From an uncultured Methanolobus sp. (GTDB lineage: Archaea; Halobacteriota; Methanosarcinia; Methanosarcinales; Methanosarcinaceae), in contig OY776215.1 of assembly GCA_963675495.1 (NCBI GenBank), forward strand, positions 1,888,001-1,952,000: 64,000 bases of DNA. The letters run 5' to 3'. How positions within the stretch are numbered: position 1 is the first letter of the stretch; every line of letters begins with the position of its first letter. A model generated the notes under the pieces. It saw only the letters and a list, made by a program, of their open reading frames with translations. It made no database searches and was not told the DNA's origin. The translations under genes and the position numbers were made by a program. This document shows positions 10,097 through 20,021 of the stretch, in pieces.

Positions 10097-11941
10097 TTAT
10101 TTCGTTTGCTTATATACTCTGATTATATATAAATATAAGAAGCCAGGTACAACGCCAATCAGGAGGAAAAGGCTGACAAATGAAGATGCTAAAAATCCTG
10201 CAGCTTCAACCCTTGTGATCTCAGGCTCAGTTGTTGCAGTTTCATCACTATTTTCAAAGGGACTATCATATGGTTCATTGTAGCTGCTCTGCTCAATGTA
10301 GATGTCATCTTCCACAAGAGCATCATCAATGTAAAGGAAAGGCTCAGCTGAAACAGCGTTTTCTTTTTTACGCTCTTCGTCTGTAATACTCAGTTCAGTC
10401 ATAGGCAGGTAGTATTCTCCTGCCCTTTCCGCCCGTACAATATAAGTGAACTTCCTGGTCTCTCCTGATTTCAGTATTCCAGTCCACTTGTAATCTCCTT
10501 CGATAAAGGTGAGCTCATCAGGGATGCGTTCCTTGTAAGATACTTTAAAAGTGTCATCGCCTTCATTAGTTACTATGACAGTGACATTTATTTCCTCTCC
10601 CACAAGCATATAACTGGAACTGAGTTCTTTTTCTACAATGACCTTCGAGCCACTTACATGAAAGAGTGCATCAGTTTTTTCAGATTCCAGTGTGTAGGTT
10701 TCTCCTCCATCTTTCCATATCACTGTTGCAGGCATGAATGTAAAATCTCCAGGTTCTGTAGGTGATACAAAGTATTCTATTGTCTTTGTGCTCCTGGCAT
10801 CAAGCAACACTGCCCATTCTGTATTTTCTATATCATTGGGAATAAAAGATGCGGGCAATTCATCTGTGACTGTGACAGCTGTCTGGAAGTTTGCCTTATT
10901 CTCAAGAGTAATAATTATCTGGAAGTACTGTTCAGTTCCAAATTCGGGATTTTCGGATGCTTTTTCCCTTGTAATTATCTCTTTTTCGATGGATATGTAG
11001 GGTTTGACGTTCACTTCTATCGAGGTTTCGCTGCTATATTCATTTCCCCTGTAATCATAGCCCTGAACTTTTGATATTATACTTATGTTCTTACCTATGG
11101 GTCCGGTTTCAGGCTTAACTTTGATTATGAACTTTTTTTGTTTTCCGGGTTCTAGTAGTGAATGTTGCTGAGTTAGTTCTTCTACATCTCCTTCATCACA
11201 TTCCGTGGTCAGTATTATCCCATGTAATGGTATTGTACCGTTGTTCGTAACCAGAAGTTCATATTCCGCATACTCATCTGGTTCATAGCTATCTTTTACG
11301 TCTGCAGAATCTAATTTTATATCAGGTGATCCAGGTTTTAGTGTTTCAAGAAAAACCTCTTTTGTATCCTTTTTCAGATACACTACATTGATCATGAATT
11401 CATCAGACAATTTCTGATGGTCTCCTGTTTTATAAGTCCCCTCAAACTTGTTGCCATCATACTCTCCTGATATTACTGCTCCGTCCTCATTAATATCTCC
11501 AAAGATGATTTTGTATCCATCTCCTGTTAGCGTGTCATCTGTCCTGAATGATGTCTTGGGAATGTCAGTTACCCATACAAGCTCTGATTTTTGTTTGTAT
11601 ATTTCCAGTGAGACTTTCTCCTGGCTTATGGCAAGTACATTGATCTTGAGCTCACCGTTATAGATGTGCTCACTGTTCAATCCAGTATCAACCTTAACAG
11701 CCTCTTTGAAAATCGAGTTCCTGTAAACCAACAATGTAGCCGAGGATCCATTATCAACGTTGATCTCATGTATTTTAATAGTGAAACCTTCCAGGTATGC
11801 TCTTTCAGTAATTCCAAGATCATAGGAACCCTGGAAAATCCATATGTTCTCCTCCCTGATTCCATAAGCGTTTGCAGGTATAATGAGAATTAGCAGTATT
11901 ATGCTTAGAAGGAGAACTTTTCTTGTTGGCATTAATATCAT
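10097..11941 (-). CDS. Secreted, C-terminally anchored protein with S-layer-like N-terminus and Ig-like (BatD/CARDB/DUF11-like) domains
   Basis: Signal peptide, TNNG..PL.G, VTDELP, PG.F.F.PA repeats, C-terminal TM. Confidence 0.75.
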   Translation of the reverse strand: MILMPTRKVLLLSIILLILIIPANAYGIREENIWIFQGSYDLGITERAYLEGFTIKIHEINVDNGSSATLLVYRNSIFKEAVKVDTGLNSEHIYNGELKINVLAISQEKVSLEIYKQKSELVWVTDIPKTSFRTDDTLTGDGYKIIFGDINEDGAVISGEYDGNKFEGTYKTGDHQKLSDEFMINVVYLKKDTKEVFLETLKPGSPDIKLDSADVKDSYEPDEYAEYELLVTNNGTIPLHGIILTTECDEGDVEELTQQHSLLEPGKQKKFIIKVKPETGPIGKNISIISKVQGYDYRGNEYSSETSIEVNVKPYISIEKEIITREKASENPEFGTEQYFQIIITLENKANFQTAVTVTDELPASFIPNDIENTEWAVLLDARSTKTIEYFVSPTEPGDFTFMPATVIWKDGGETYTLESEKTDALFHVSGSKVIVEKELSSSYMLVGEEINVTVIVTNEGDDTFKVSYKERIPDELTFIEGDYKWTGILKSGETRKFTYIVRAERAGEYYLPMTELSITDEERKKENAVSAEPFLYIDDALVEDDIYIEQSSYNEPYDSPFENSDETATTEPEITRVEAAGFLASSFVSLFLLIGVVPGFLYLYIIRVYKQTK

Positions 11942-11958
11942 CTATATATTTGTATGTT

Positions 11959-13059
11959 TTAAATGTTATGTTCTTCTTTCCTGACGGCCGTTACCATTGA
12001 AACATAGAGGAAAATTGCCACAAGGATATAGATCACCATCCATTTCCAGCTTTCCAGTGCTCCTATGCTTTCTATGGAAAGGCGGGTAACCATGTTCATT
12101 GGGGAGTTTGTGAACAGGTAAGAGGCCATGAACAGGAAGATAAGGATAAGTGAATATAGTAACTGTGCGACTCCTCTTTCCCTGAACAGGACTGCAATTA
12201 TGGTACTTGAAAGTACCAGTACAGCAGCGATAACTGTTACAAGTAGTAATATCTGCAGTGAATTTTGTATCGATACCCTGTTCATTGACAGTAGCAACAT
12301 CCAGACGAACGATTGCAGAGGAACTATCAATATTGCCAGTATCACCTTTCCATTAATGATGTCAAGCATGGATGCCGGAGATACAAGGAGCATATCCATG
12401 GTCTTGCGCTCGTATTCCTCAGTGATGAAATCAATTATCAGTCCTCCTGATATGAATGCCGGAGTGAATACAAGCAAGGGTAGGAGTGCTACATAAATAA
12501 ATTCAAAGTAGGTGGAAGATGTTTTGATACCTCTTTCTATTATGTTGAACTCGATAGGTGTGTATCCGGGCAATCTCTGTGTCCTTATGTCCCTCACACT
12601 CTGCTCGTATTTCTCCAGTGGCTCCTTAAGTTGAAGAGAGACAACAGTTGCCTTTATTTCTGATTTCGGCAGGTATATGTCTATATTAAGCAGCTCAGTT
12701 CCGGTAGATGTCCCCCATGGAGCCACAATTATCGCATCTAACTTATGATCATAGAAGTCCGTATATGCCGACTGGAAGTCGTCATAAAGATATGTTCTGA
12801 CATTGCTCTGCTGCAATATCTCGTAAAGTTCATTATCCTGCGTCCCAACCATAGCAATTGAAGTTCCTTCAAGTTCCATATTTCCCAGTGTGCTCGGATC
12901 GTAGAATGATGTAAGTCCGATTACCAGGAAGGTTGCAAACGATGCTATGAAAAGCTGGATTATAATGGCAAGTATGAATGTCTTTTCGCTCATGAGCTCT
13001 TTGAATTCCTTTTTAGCTATGGTCTTCATTTTGCTGCATGAATTTCCATATTTACTCAA
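11959..13059 (-). CDS. ABC-2 type transporter permease
   Basis: IAKKEF start motif, EEYERKTMD.LL.SP..IINGK, multiple TM; GGAGGTG RBS; overlaps upstream permease. Confidence 0.88.
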   Translation of the reverse strand: MSKYGNSCSKMKTIAKKEFKELMSEKTFILAIIIQLFIASFATFLVIGLTSFYDPSTLGNMELEGTSIAMVGTQDNELYEILQQSNVRTYLYDDFQSAYTDFYDHKLDAIIVAPWGTSTGTELLNIDIYLPKSEIKATVVSLQLKEPLEKYEQSVRDIRTQRLPGYTPIEFNIIERGIKTSSTYFEFIYVALLPLLVFTPAFISGGLIIDFITEEYERKTMDMLLVSPASMLDIINGKVILAILIVPLQSFVWMLLLSMNRVSIQNSLQILLLVTVIAAVLVLSSTIIAVLFRERGVAQLLYSLILIFLFMASYLFTNSPMNMVTRLSIESIGALESWKWMVIYILVAIFLYVSMVTAVRKEEHNI

Positions 13060-14876
13060 AAGAACACCTCCCTCAGGATTATCACGTTATACAAGCTGTG
13101 AAAAAGGGTTGCAAGCACTACGGCTACAACGTAATAACGTGGTCCTTTCTTGTACATTACCAGTGAGCTGATGAGAACTGTTGTGATATGCAGGAACAAT
13201 GGTATCAATAGCAAAGTGCCCATTGTCATTACTGACCCGAAGGCTGAACTTGCAATTGGTGCCAGTGTGAGGACAGCAACAGCTTTTTCCCCTACGAAGA
13301 ATCCTGCACCTGATAATATGGAATACTTTATTGCATTGAGTAATGTGATGTCAGCTATCTTCCTTCTAAAAAGTGTGTAGATGCCAATTGATTTTACAAG
13401 CTCCTCCGCCATTGCGGACAGCAGGATCATGGCTATTATCGAATAAGGCACAGGCAAATTGAAAAGCATGACTATGAGCATCAGTTGTGCCATATAAACA
13501 AAAGGAATGAATATTACGCTAAGCAAGAACACGGAACCATACGGATATGAAAGGAACAGTTCGAAACAGTCAACTATTTTTCCAGTTATGGATTTTTGTG
13601 TGAACAGATCCTCTTCCCTGAAAATGAAGGTTCCAAAGGCATATACTGAGATTGCTACGAAGTAGAATGGCAGGGTTGAGAAAAGATATGTGTTTATCAG
13701 CACTTCCTCGTTCTCAATGAGCCTGACTATGAGCGTTATAGGGGAAATGGAACTGATGGCATGGATATTTGCAAACATTGCAGGGAAGAACAGGTATCCT
13801 GATATGATCACCGACAGGAATACACTTGCAAAAGTCAGTTCCTTAAAACTTCTGGAAAGGATGGCACTGTAGAATGAAAGTGCAAAGAAGAGAAGTACTA
13901 CTGGGAATATGGCTGCGAGTACAAGACATACTCTCTCGACACCTGCAAAACTTGACGGTATGCCGATTATGTATAGAGTTATCGCTGTCTGGATAGCCAT
14001 TGTGATGAAAAGATAGGGGATCGTTTTCCCAACCACAACATCTATGCCACGCAAAGGTGCAGCAAGTACAAGTTCTCCCTTCTTGTTTGTACGCTCATCC
14101 ATCAGGCTTGTGGAGTAGAATTGTGAAATGAAGTAAATTGGGAATATGAACAGGAATGCATAAAGTATAGCTGTGAATGGGATAGGTGGTGAAAAGTTGG
14201 AAGGTGTGGATATTGTCTGCCTTTCAAAGAAGGTCTTCCCTTCCATGGCATCAAGAGCTGCGATATCTTCCGGGGAGATCGTTGCTGATCCTGTTCTTAC
14301 AGACCCGCTACTTTCACGTTCGTTTATATCATATTCACCGGGCACATCGTCAAGACCTGAAGATCCGTTCGCTTCTCTTCTAATGCCATTTACTGTTTCT
14401 TCAGCTCCTGCAAGCTGGAAGTTCTGCGGTCTTTCCAGGTCATGGACAGTGACCCATACCGGATGACTATTGTTAACATCATTATATGAGGTTAGAACCA
14501 CTTCGCGATATGTTTTAAAAGTACTGTCCAATGAATCGCCTGCAGCTGCTGCTTTACGTGTATCCCCCAGATAGACATTGTTTCCTATGATGGCCATATC
14601 AGCACCATATTCATAATAGCTACCTGCGGTGAATCTGTCTACGAGAATATGATCGAATCTTTGGTCGGTTTCGATAACCGGCTGGATATCAGGCTGTGAA
14701 ATAGCTACAAGATATATTTTCTGGTTCATACTCATCCCTGTCTGGGATGCAGCATAAGAGGCAATTATTACCAGTATCAAAGATAATATAAGCATGATCA
14801 TTGACCGTGCATCGAATTTAAGCTTTGATCTAAAAAATTCCCATTTTGCAATAGTGAACCAAGCAGGCATCATCAT
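13056..14876 (-). CDS. ABC-2 type permease fused to a PrsW-like intramembrane protease domain
   Basis: IAKWEF, DER.NKKGE.VL.AP..VVGK; C-terminal EELVK, GFFVGE, LH, HSLYN motifs. Confidence 0.8.
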   Translation of the reverse strand: MMMPAWFTIAKWEFFRSKLKFDARSMIMLILSLILVIIASYAASQTGMSMNQKIYLVAISQPDIQPVIETDQRFDHILVDRFTAGSYYEYGADMAIIGNNVYLGDTRKAAAAGDSLDSTFKTYREVVLTSYNDVNNSHPVWVTVHDLERPQNFQLAGAEETVNGIRREANGSSGLDDVPGEYDINERESSGSVRTGSATISPEDIAALDAMEGKTFFERQTISTPSNFSPPIPFTAILYAFLFIFPIYFISQFYSTSLMDERTNKKGELVLAAPLRGIDVVVGKTIPYLFITMAIQTAITLYIIGIPSSFAGVERVCLVLAAIFPVVLLFFALSFYSAILSRSFKELTFASVFLSVIISGYLFFPAMFANIHAISSISPITLIVRLIENEEVLINTYLFSTLPFYFVAISVYAFGTFIFREEDLFTQKSITGKIVDCFELFLSYPYGSVFLLSVIFIPFVYMAQLMLIVMLFNLPVPYSIIAMILLSAMAEELVKSIGIYTLFRRKIADITLLNAIKYSILSGAGFFVGEKAVAVLTLAPIASSAFGSVMTMGTLLLIPLFLHITTVLISSLVMYKKGPRYYVVAVVLATLFHSLYNVIILREVFF

Positions 14877-14999
14877 TTTATTACGCGCTTATTATATTAA
14901 TATATATTTCTAAACTTGCTATATAATTACGAAGGGTTATATGCAGGTATTTGTCTAAATTTATATGATTATTTACTAATAATACAAAGGAGTGATAGA

Positions 15000-15809
15000 T
15001 TGGTAGACATTTTAGCTCAAACTATACCTTATACAGAGATAACGATAGCAAACATAGTATTTGCACTGGTGATTCTGATTGCAGGTCTTCTTGTTGCCGG
15101 AATTCTTTCCGGTATGTTTAGTAAAGGCCTAAAAAAGACTAAACTCCCTGAGCTTGTAACTGAATTTCTCGTTCGTTTCCTGCGTGCGTTGCTCTATGTG
15201 GGTGTATTGCTTGCAGTTGTGAGCACCCTTGGGATCGACACAAGTTCTGTGGTGGTAGGTCTTTCAGCAGTTATTGGACTGGTACTTGGTTTTGGTATGC
15301 AGGATTCATTGAACAATATGGCTGCAGGTGTGTGGATAGCCTCCCTGAGACCCCTTGACAAAGGAGAGTATGTAACTGTGGATGGTCTTTCAGGCACTGT
15401 TCATGCAGTTGGTATCATGGCGACAGAACTCCTTACTCCTGATAACCAGTTTATCACATTGCCTAATAAGCTTGTATGGGGAAGTCCTATTGTGAATGCA
15501 AGTCGTATGCCCACACGCAGAGTTTCAGTGGATGTTGGTGTAGGCTATACCACAGACATTCCAAAAGCCGTACAGATCGCTCTGGGTGTCATCAAACAGG
15601 ATTCCCGTGTGCTTGCTGAACCTGCACCGGCAGTTGTTACAACGGAACTTGCAGATTCATCTGTAAACCTGCAGCTTCGTGCCTGGGTCAATACCGATGA
15701 TTTCTGGGGCGTTAAGAACGATCTGACAATAGCTATACATGCAGAATTTGGCAAGGAAGATATTGAAATTCCCTTCCCGCAGCTGGATGTACATATGTAC
15801 AAGAATTAA
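15000..15809 (+). CDS. mscS: Small-conductance mechanosensitive channel (MscS family)
   Basis: GFGMQDSLNN.AAG, PN..VW...I.N, IEIPFPQ; GGAGTGA RBS before TTG 15000. Confidence 0.9.
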   Translation: MVDILAQTIPYTEITIANIVFALVILIAGLLVAGILSGMFSKGLKKTKLPELVTEFLVRFLRALLYVGVLLAVVSTLGIDTSSVVVGLSAVIGLVLGFGMQDSLNNMAAGVWIASLRPLDKGEYVTVDGLSGTVHAVGIMATELLTPDNQFITLPNKLVWGSPIVNASRMPTRRVSVDVGVGYTTDIPKAVQIALGVIKQDSRVLAEPAPAVVTTELADSSVNLQLRAWVNTDDFWGVKNDLTIAIHAEFGKEDIEIPFPQLDVHMYKN

Positions 15810-15895
15810 ACCGTTTTAATGCATAGTTATCCTTCAACTATGCTTTTCTATATTTTATAACATTGTTTATATATAGTGAAGTGTGTACTCTTTTT

Positions 15896-16810
15896 GTGGA
15901 ACCTGGTATAATCGAAGTTAACGGACTCAGAAAAGAATACGGCGATTTCGTTGCTGTTGATGACCTTTCTTTCTCAGTGGGCAAAGGGCAGATATTCGGA
16001 ATAGTTGGTCCGAACGGTGCTGGTAAGACCACCACACTAAAAATGCTCAGCAGTCTTGTCAGGCCAAGTACTGGCAGTATCTATATGAAAGGTCTGGATG
16101 TCTCAAAGGATGCTGTTGAGATAAAATCATTCCTTGGTTTTCTTCCGGAAGAGTCTCCTCTTTACGAAGGTATGGGTGTAGAGGATTACCTCCTTTTCTT
16201 TTCAGAGCTATACTGTATTCCAAAGGACCGTGCGAAGAAAAGGATACGTGAACTTCTTTTTGATCTTTCTCTCAATGCTGACGGCAAAAAGATAGGCGAT
16301 CTTTCAAAGGGAATGAAGCGTAAAGTTGCCATAGCTCGTTCTCTTATCAATGACCCTGACATCCTGATATATGATGAACCGGCATCAGGATTAGACCCAA
16401 TGACTTCCCGTTATATCACTGATTACGTACGATCACTGAAAAATTCTGGCAAGACCATCATATTCAGTGCCCACAATCTCTTCCAGGTTGAAAGTCTCTG
16501 TGACAGGATACTTATTCTCAAGGCAGGCAAGCTGGTAACTCTTGGTACAGCTGAAGAAATAAGAACGGAATATGGCAAGATACAGTACCGTCTTGAGTTC
16601 AAAGTTGATGCCATCGATGAATACGTTGTATCAGAGGTCAAGACAGTGGATGGTAACTATGTTGTTACAACCAGTGACATTGATGTGGTTAACCAGACTA
16701 CTAAATGGGTGGCATCCAGAGGTGGGGATATAGTGGAGATGCGAACTATTGTACCTTCCCTTGAAGAGATCTTCCTTGAACTTATGGGCGTCGAACTTTT
16801 CGTAGACTGA
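15896..16810 (+). CDS. ABC transporter ATP-binding protein
   Basis: GPNGAGKTT, LSKGMKRK, YDEP, H-switch; likely partner of the permeases at 11959-14876; GTG 15896 chosen as start. Confidence 0.92.
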   Translation: MEPGIIEVNGLRKEYGDFVAVDDLSFSVGKGQIFGIVGPNGAGKTTTLKMLSSLVRPSTGSIYMKGLDVSKDAVEIKSFLGFLPEESPLYEGMGVEDYLLFFSELYCIPKDRAKKRIRELLFDLSLNADGKKIGDLSKGMKRKVAIARSLINDPDILIYDEPASGLDPMTSRYITDYVRSLKNSGKTIIFSAHNLFQVESLCDRILILKAGKLVTLGTAEEIRTEYGKIQYRLEFKVDAIDEYVVSEVKTVDGNYVVTTSDIDVVNQTTKWVASRGGDIVEMRTIVPSLEEIFLELMGVELFVD

Positions 16811-16855
16811 TTATTCTCAAAAGATTACAGTTTTAAAGAATGCTTTTTTATATTA

Positions 16856-16888
16856 TAGTTGTGTATGCAACAATTGCAAACGCAACTA
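16856..16888. promoter_or_regulatory. Putative MarR operator (inverted repeat) between the TATA box and the marR start
   Basis: TAGTTGTGTATGCAA-caa-TTGCAAACGCAACTA, arms match 13/15; two tandem TTG-N6-CAA boxes. Confidence 0.65.
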
Positions 16889-16892
16889 ATAG

Positions 16893-17390
16893 GTGGTAGC
16901 TCTGACACATTCCGCTCAACATGAAAACCTTTGTAGTATTAAAAAACACGAATCCATAGGCAGGGATATATCCCACATTTTCAGGTCCATCAACATATAT
17001 CTTTCAAAAGAGCTGGAACCGTATGGCATTGGGAGTGGACAGTTTCCTTTTTTCAAGCTTTTGATGCATCACGAAGGTGTGAGTCAGGAATCACTTGCAA
17101 GTTCATTGAAATATGATCGTGCAACCATCACCCGCTCTGTGAACAAACTCGAAGAAATGGGTTATGTTATCAGGAAAAGGGATCCCTGCGACAAACGTGC
17201 CTATTGTGTTTACCTTACTGGCAAAGGGCGTGAAATGAAACCTGTGTTGATCGATATCAGCTCAAAGCTCAATGATGTGCTCTTGTATGGTTTTAACACT
17301 GAAGAAAAGGCTATGTTTATTTCCATGATGGAAAAAGCTGCCAAAAACATAGCATCTGAAAACGAAATGAAGAAGGCTTCAAATGAATAA
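16893..17390 (+). CDS. MarR family transcriptional regulator
   Basis: SQ..LA...DRATITR.V.KLE..GYV.R..D..DKR....LT.KG. Confidence 0.92.
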   Translation: MVALTHSAQHENLCSIKKHESIGRDISHIFRSINIYLSKELEPYGIGSGQFPFFKLLMHHEGVSQESLASSLKYDRATITRSVNKLEEMGYVIRKRDPCDKRAYCVYLTGKGREMKPVLIDISSKLNDVLLYGFNTEEKAMFISMMEKAAKNIASENEMKKASNE

Positions 17391-18840
17391 TACTACAGAT
17401 AATGATACTCAGAGGCCTGCATTTGATGCTCCGAATGCAACTTCCGGTATGAAAGCCATGTTGGGTGACCCAAAAAAGGCTATAATTAAACTGGCATTGC
17501 CCATGATGCTTGGTATGTCTATCCAGACCCTGTACAATCTTGTTGACACTTTCTGGGTTTCCGGACTGGGTTCGGATGCTCTTGCAGCAGTGGGTTTTGT
17601 ATTCCCATTCTTCTTTGTCATCATTGCATTATCAAACGGCCTTGGAGTTGGTGCCGGTTCAGCAATATCCCGAAGACTTGGTTCAAGGGATAAAAAAGGT
17701 GCTGACAATGTTGCAGTTCATACGATGATGCTGATGGTTTTGATGTCTGCTGTTTTCACTATAACACTCTTCGTATTTGCAGAACCGATATTTGCTATGA
17801 TCGGCGCCGGAAAAACAACCGCAATGGCGACTTCTTATGGTCGTATTATCTTTGGAGGCAGTATTCTCCTGTTCTTCACCAATGTTGCAAACGCGATCCT
17901 TCGTAGCGAGGGCGACACCAAACGGGCTATGCATGCTATGATATTTGGCTCACTTCTGAACATAGTACTTGATCCTATCTTCATCTATCAGTTCAAGATG
18001 GGTGTTGCAGGTGCGGCATGGGCTACAGTGGTATCAATGGGAGTAACTGCCGTTCTCATGTCCAGCTGGTTGTTCTTCAAAAAAGATACTTACCTTTCCT
18101 TTGATTTCAAGGATTTCAGTTTTGAGAGGGGGATTCTCAGGGATATATCCAGGGTTGGCATTCCAGCAACTGTACAGCAGGCGTCAATGGCTCTTATGAT
18201 GCTTGTGATGAATGTGATCATAATAGCAGTCAGCAATACTGACGGAGTAGCTGTTTACACTGTTGGATGGCGTGTTGCAACCATCGCTATTGCCCCACTA
18301 ATTGGTATTTCTACAGCCGTGGTGACAATGACTGGTTTTTCATACGGTGAAGGCTCATATGACAAGGTGTCCTTCTCTCACATATATTCAATGAAGATGG
18401 GTCTTCTTGTAGAGACGGTAATCGCTTTTTTTACTTTCATCCTGGCCCCTCAGATAGCTTATGCCTTCACTATGTCAGCAAGTGCTTCTCACATAACGGA
18501 TGACCTTATTGTGTTTCTAAGGATTATTTGTATTTTCTACCCCACGGTCTCTCTTGGTATGCTTTCTTCATCTCTTTTCCAGGGAGTTGGAAAAGGATTT
18601 TATGCGCTTGTTGCAACAATCCTGCGTGCTGTCATATTCGTACCCGCTTTCGCTTTATTTTTTGCTTTTAATCTGAATATGGGGCTTATTGGTGTTTGGT
18701 GGGGTATGGTCGTAGGTAACATAATGGGTTCGATCTTCATCTTTGTGTGGGCAAGAGTTTACGTAGGGAAATTGCTGAATACAGGAAAGCCTCTAGATCC
18801 ACATTATAAATTACCGGATCATGAAGAACTAAGGGTATGA
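17383..18840 (+). CDS. MATE family efflux transporter
   Basis: LYNLVDTFWV, NIVLDPIFI, G.AGAA.AT, about 12 TM; overlaps marR stop. Confidence 0.93.
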   Translation: MNNTTDNDTQRPAFDAPNATSGMKAMLGDPKKAIIKLALPMMLGMSIQTLYNLVDTFWVSGLGSDALAAVGFVFPFFFVIIALSNGLGVGAGSAISRRLGSRDKKGADNVAVHTMMLMVLMSAVFTITLFVFAEPIFAMIGAGKTTAMATSYGRIIFGGSILLFFTNVANAILRSEGDTKRAMHAMIFGSLLNIVLDPIFIYQFKMGVAGAAWATVVSMGVTAVLMSSWLFFKKDTYLSFDFKDFSFERGILRDISRVGIPATVQQASMALMMLVMNVIIIAVSNTDGVAVYTVGWRVATIAIAPLIGISTAVVTMTGFSYGEGSYDKVSFSHIYSMKMGLLVETVIAFFTFILAPQIAYAFTMSASASHITDDLIVFLRIICIFYPTVSLGMLSSSLFQGVGKGFYALVATILRAVIFVPAFALFFAFNLNMGLIGVWWGMVVGNIMGSIFIFVWARVYVGKLLNTGKPLDPHYKLPDHEELRV

Positions 18841-18941
18841 TACCCTTATTTTTTCTAGATCGCTTTACTCTCTCTCTTTTTTAATACAATATTTATATAT
18901 GCTCTCAAATTTATTTCTGCATAATCTGTTTATGGGGTTAT

Positions 18942-19883
18942 TTGATCAATATGTCAACGTTAATGAAAATTATCTTCCTGGTAGTCTTATTCAGTATTTC
19001 GACCGGGGTTACTGGTGCAATAAATGAATATGCTGAAGAGGAGCAACAGATGCTTGACCTTATCAACGAGGAAAGAGCATTATATGGACTTGAACCATTT
19101 AGCTTCAATGCAGTCTTGAACGATGCTGCAAGTGAGCATAGTAAAGAGATGATCGAAGAAGATTACTTTTCTCATGATTCCTATGATGGAACTTCTTTTT
19201 CAGAAAGACTTAGCAATGCAGGCTATGATATTGTGTACGCAGGTGAGAACATTGCTTTGCATTATCCTCCAGACCTAATCGCAGCTCACGAAGGTCTTAT
19301 GAATTCTCCGGGGCATAGGGCGAATATACTTAACTCTGATTACAATGAGATAGGAATTGGTATCTGGGTTGGGGAGTACTCCGGTTACAGCAATGTTGCT
19401 ATGTACACTCAGGATTTTGGTTGGAGTGATTCAGTTGCAGAAAACCTTCAGATCACTTCTTTTACTCCTTCAGACAATATTGTTGAATCTGAATTATCTC
19501 CAATGACATTTTCAGTTGATACTAATATCGAGTGTGATATTTCATGGTCATTTGACGGTGAGAACGCAAAGGTAGAAAACAACGTACTGTCTTCAGATTG
19601 TGAGTTGATACCTCAGGTGCCAGGTACGTACTATGTAAAAGCAATTGCCTCACAGATGAATCAGGATGTGGTAACTCAATGGACCTGGATTGTCACAGAA
19701 GAAACTGTTCAGATGAAAGGGGATGCTAATAGCGATGGCCTGGTAAATCTTCGTGATCTCAGTGCTTTTGCTCTGGTTTATAATGGCACGAGCACAGAAT
19801 CCAGTAAATGGGCCGACTTCAATGATGATGGCTTGATAAATCTTCGCGATCTCAGTGCTTTTGCGCTGGTATATGAAAGTTAG
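18942..19883 (+). CDS. Secreted CAP/SCP-domain protein with Ig-like middle and C-terminal dockerin-like duplicated EF-hand
   Basis: LINEER, HS.EM..YFSH, GENIA, MNSPGHRANIL, IGIG; GDANSDGLVNLRDL and DFNDDGLINLRDL. Confidence 0.87.
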   Translation: MINMSTLMKIIFLVVLFSISTGVTGAINEYAEEEQQMLDLINEERALYGLEPFSFNAVLNDAASEHSKEMIEEDYFSHDSYDGTSFSERLSNAGYDIVYAGENIALHYPPDLIAAHEGLMNSPGHRANILNSDYNEIGIGIWVGEYSGYSNVAMYTQDFGWSDSVAENLQITSFTPSDNIVESELSPMTFSVDTNIECDISWSFDGENAKVENNVLSSDCELIPQVPGTYYVKAIASQMNQDVVTQWTWIVTEETVQMKGDANSDGLVNLRDLSAFALVYNGTSTESSKWADFNDDGLINLRDLSAFALVYES

Positions 19884-20021
19884 TTTGCTAATATTTGCAG
19901 TAGTTGCTTTTCAAAAGCTATTTAAAACCCACCGGGATATATTCATTAATGTTCTTGTGGTATCTGTCCTTTTTTAATGGATATTGTATCAGGACCAGGC
20001 AATAAATGATATGGGGCTCCC

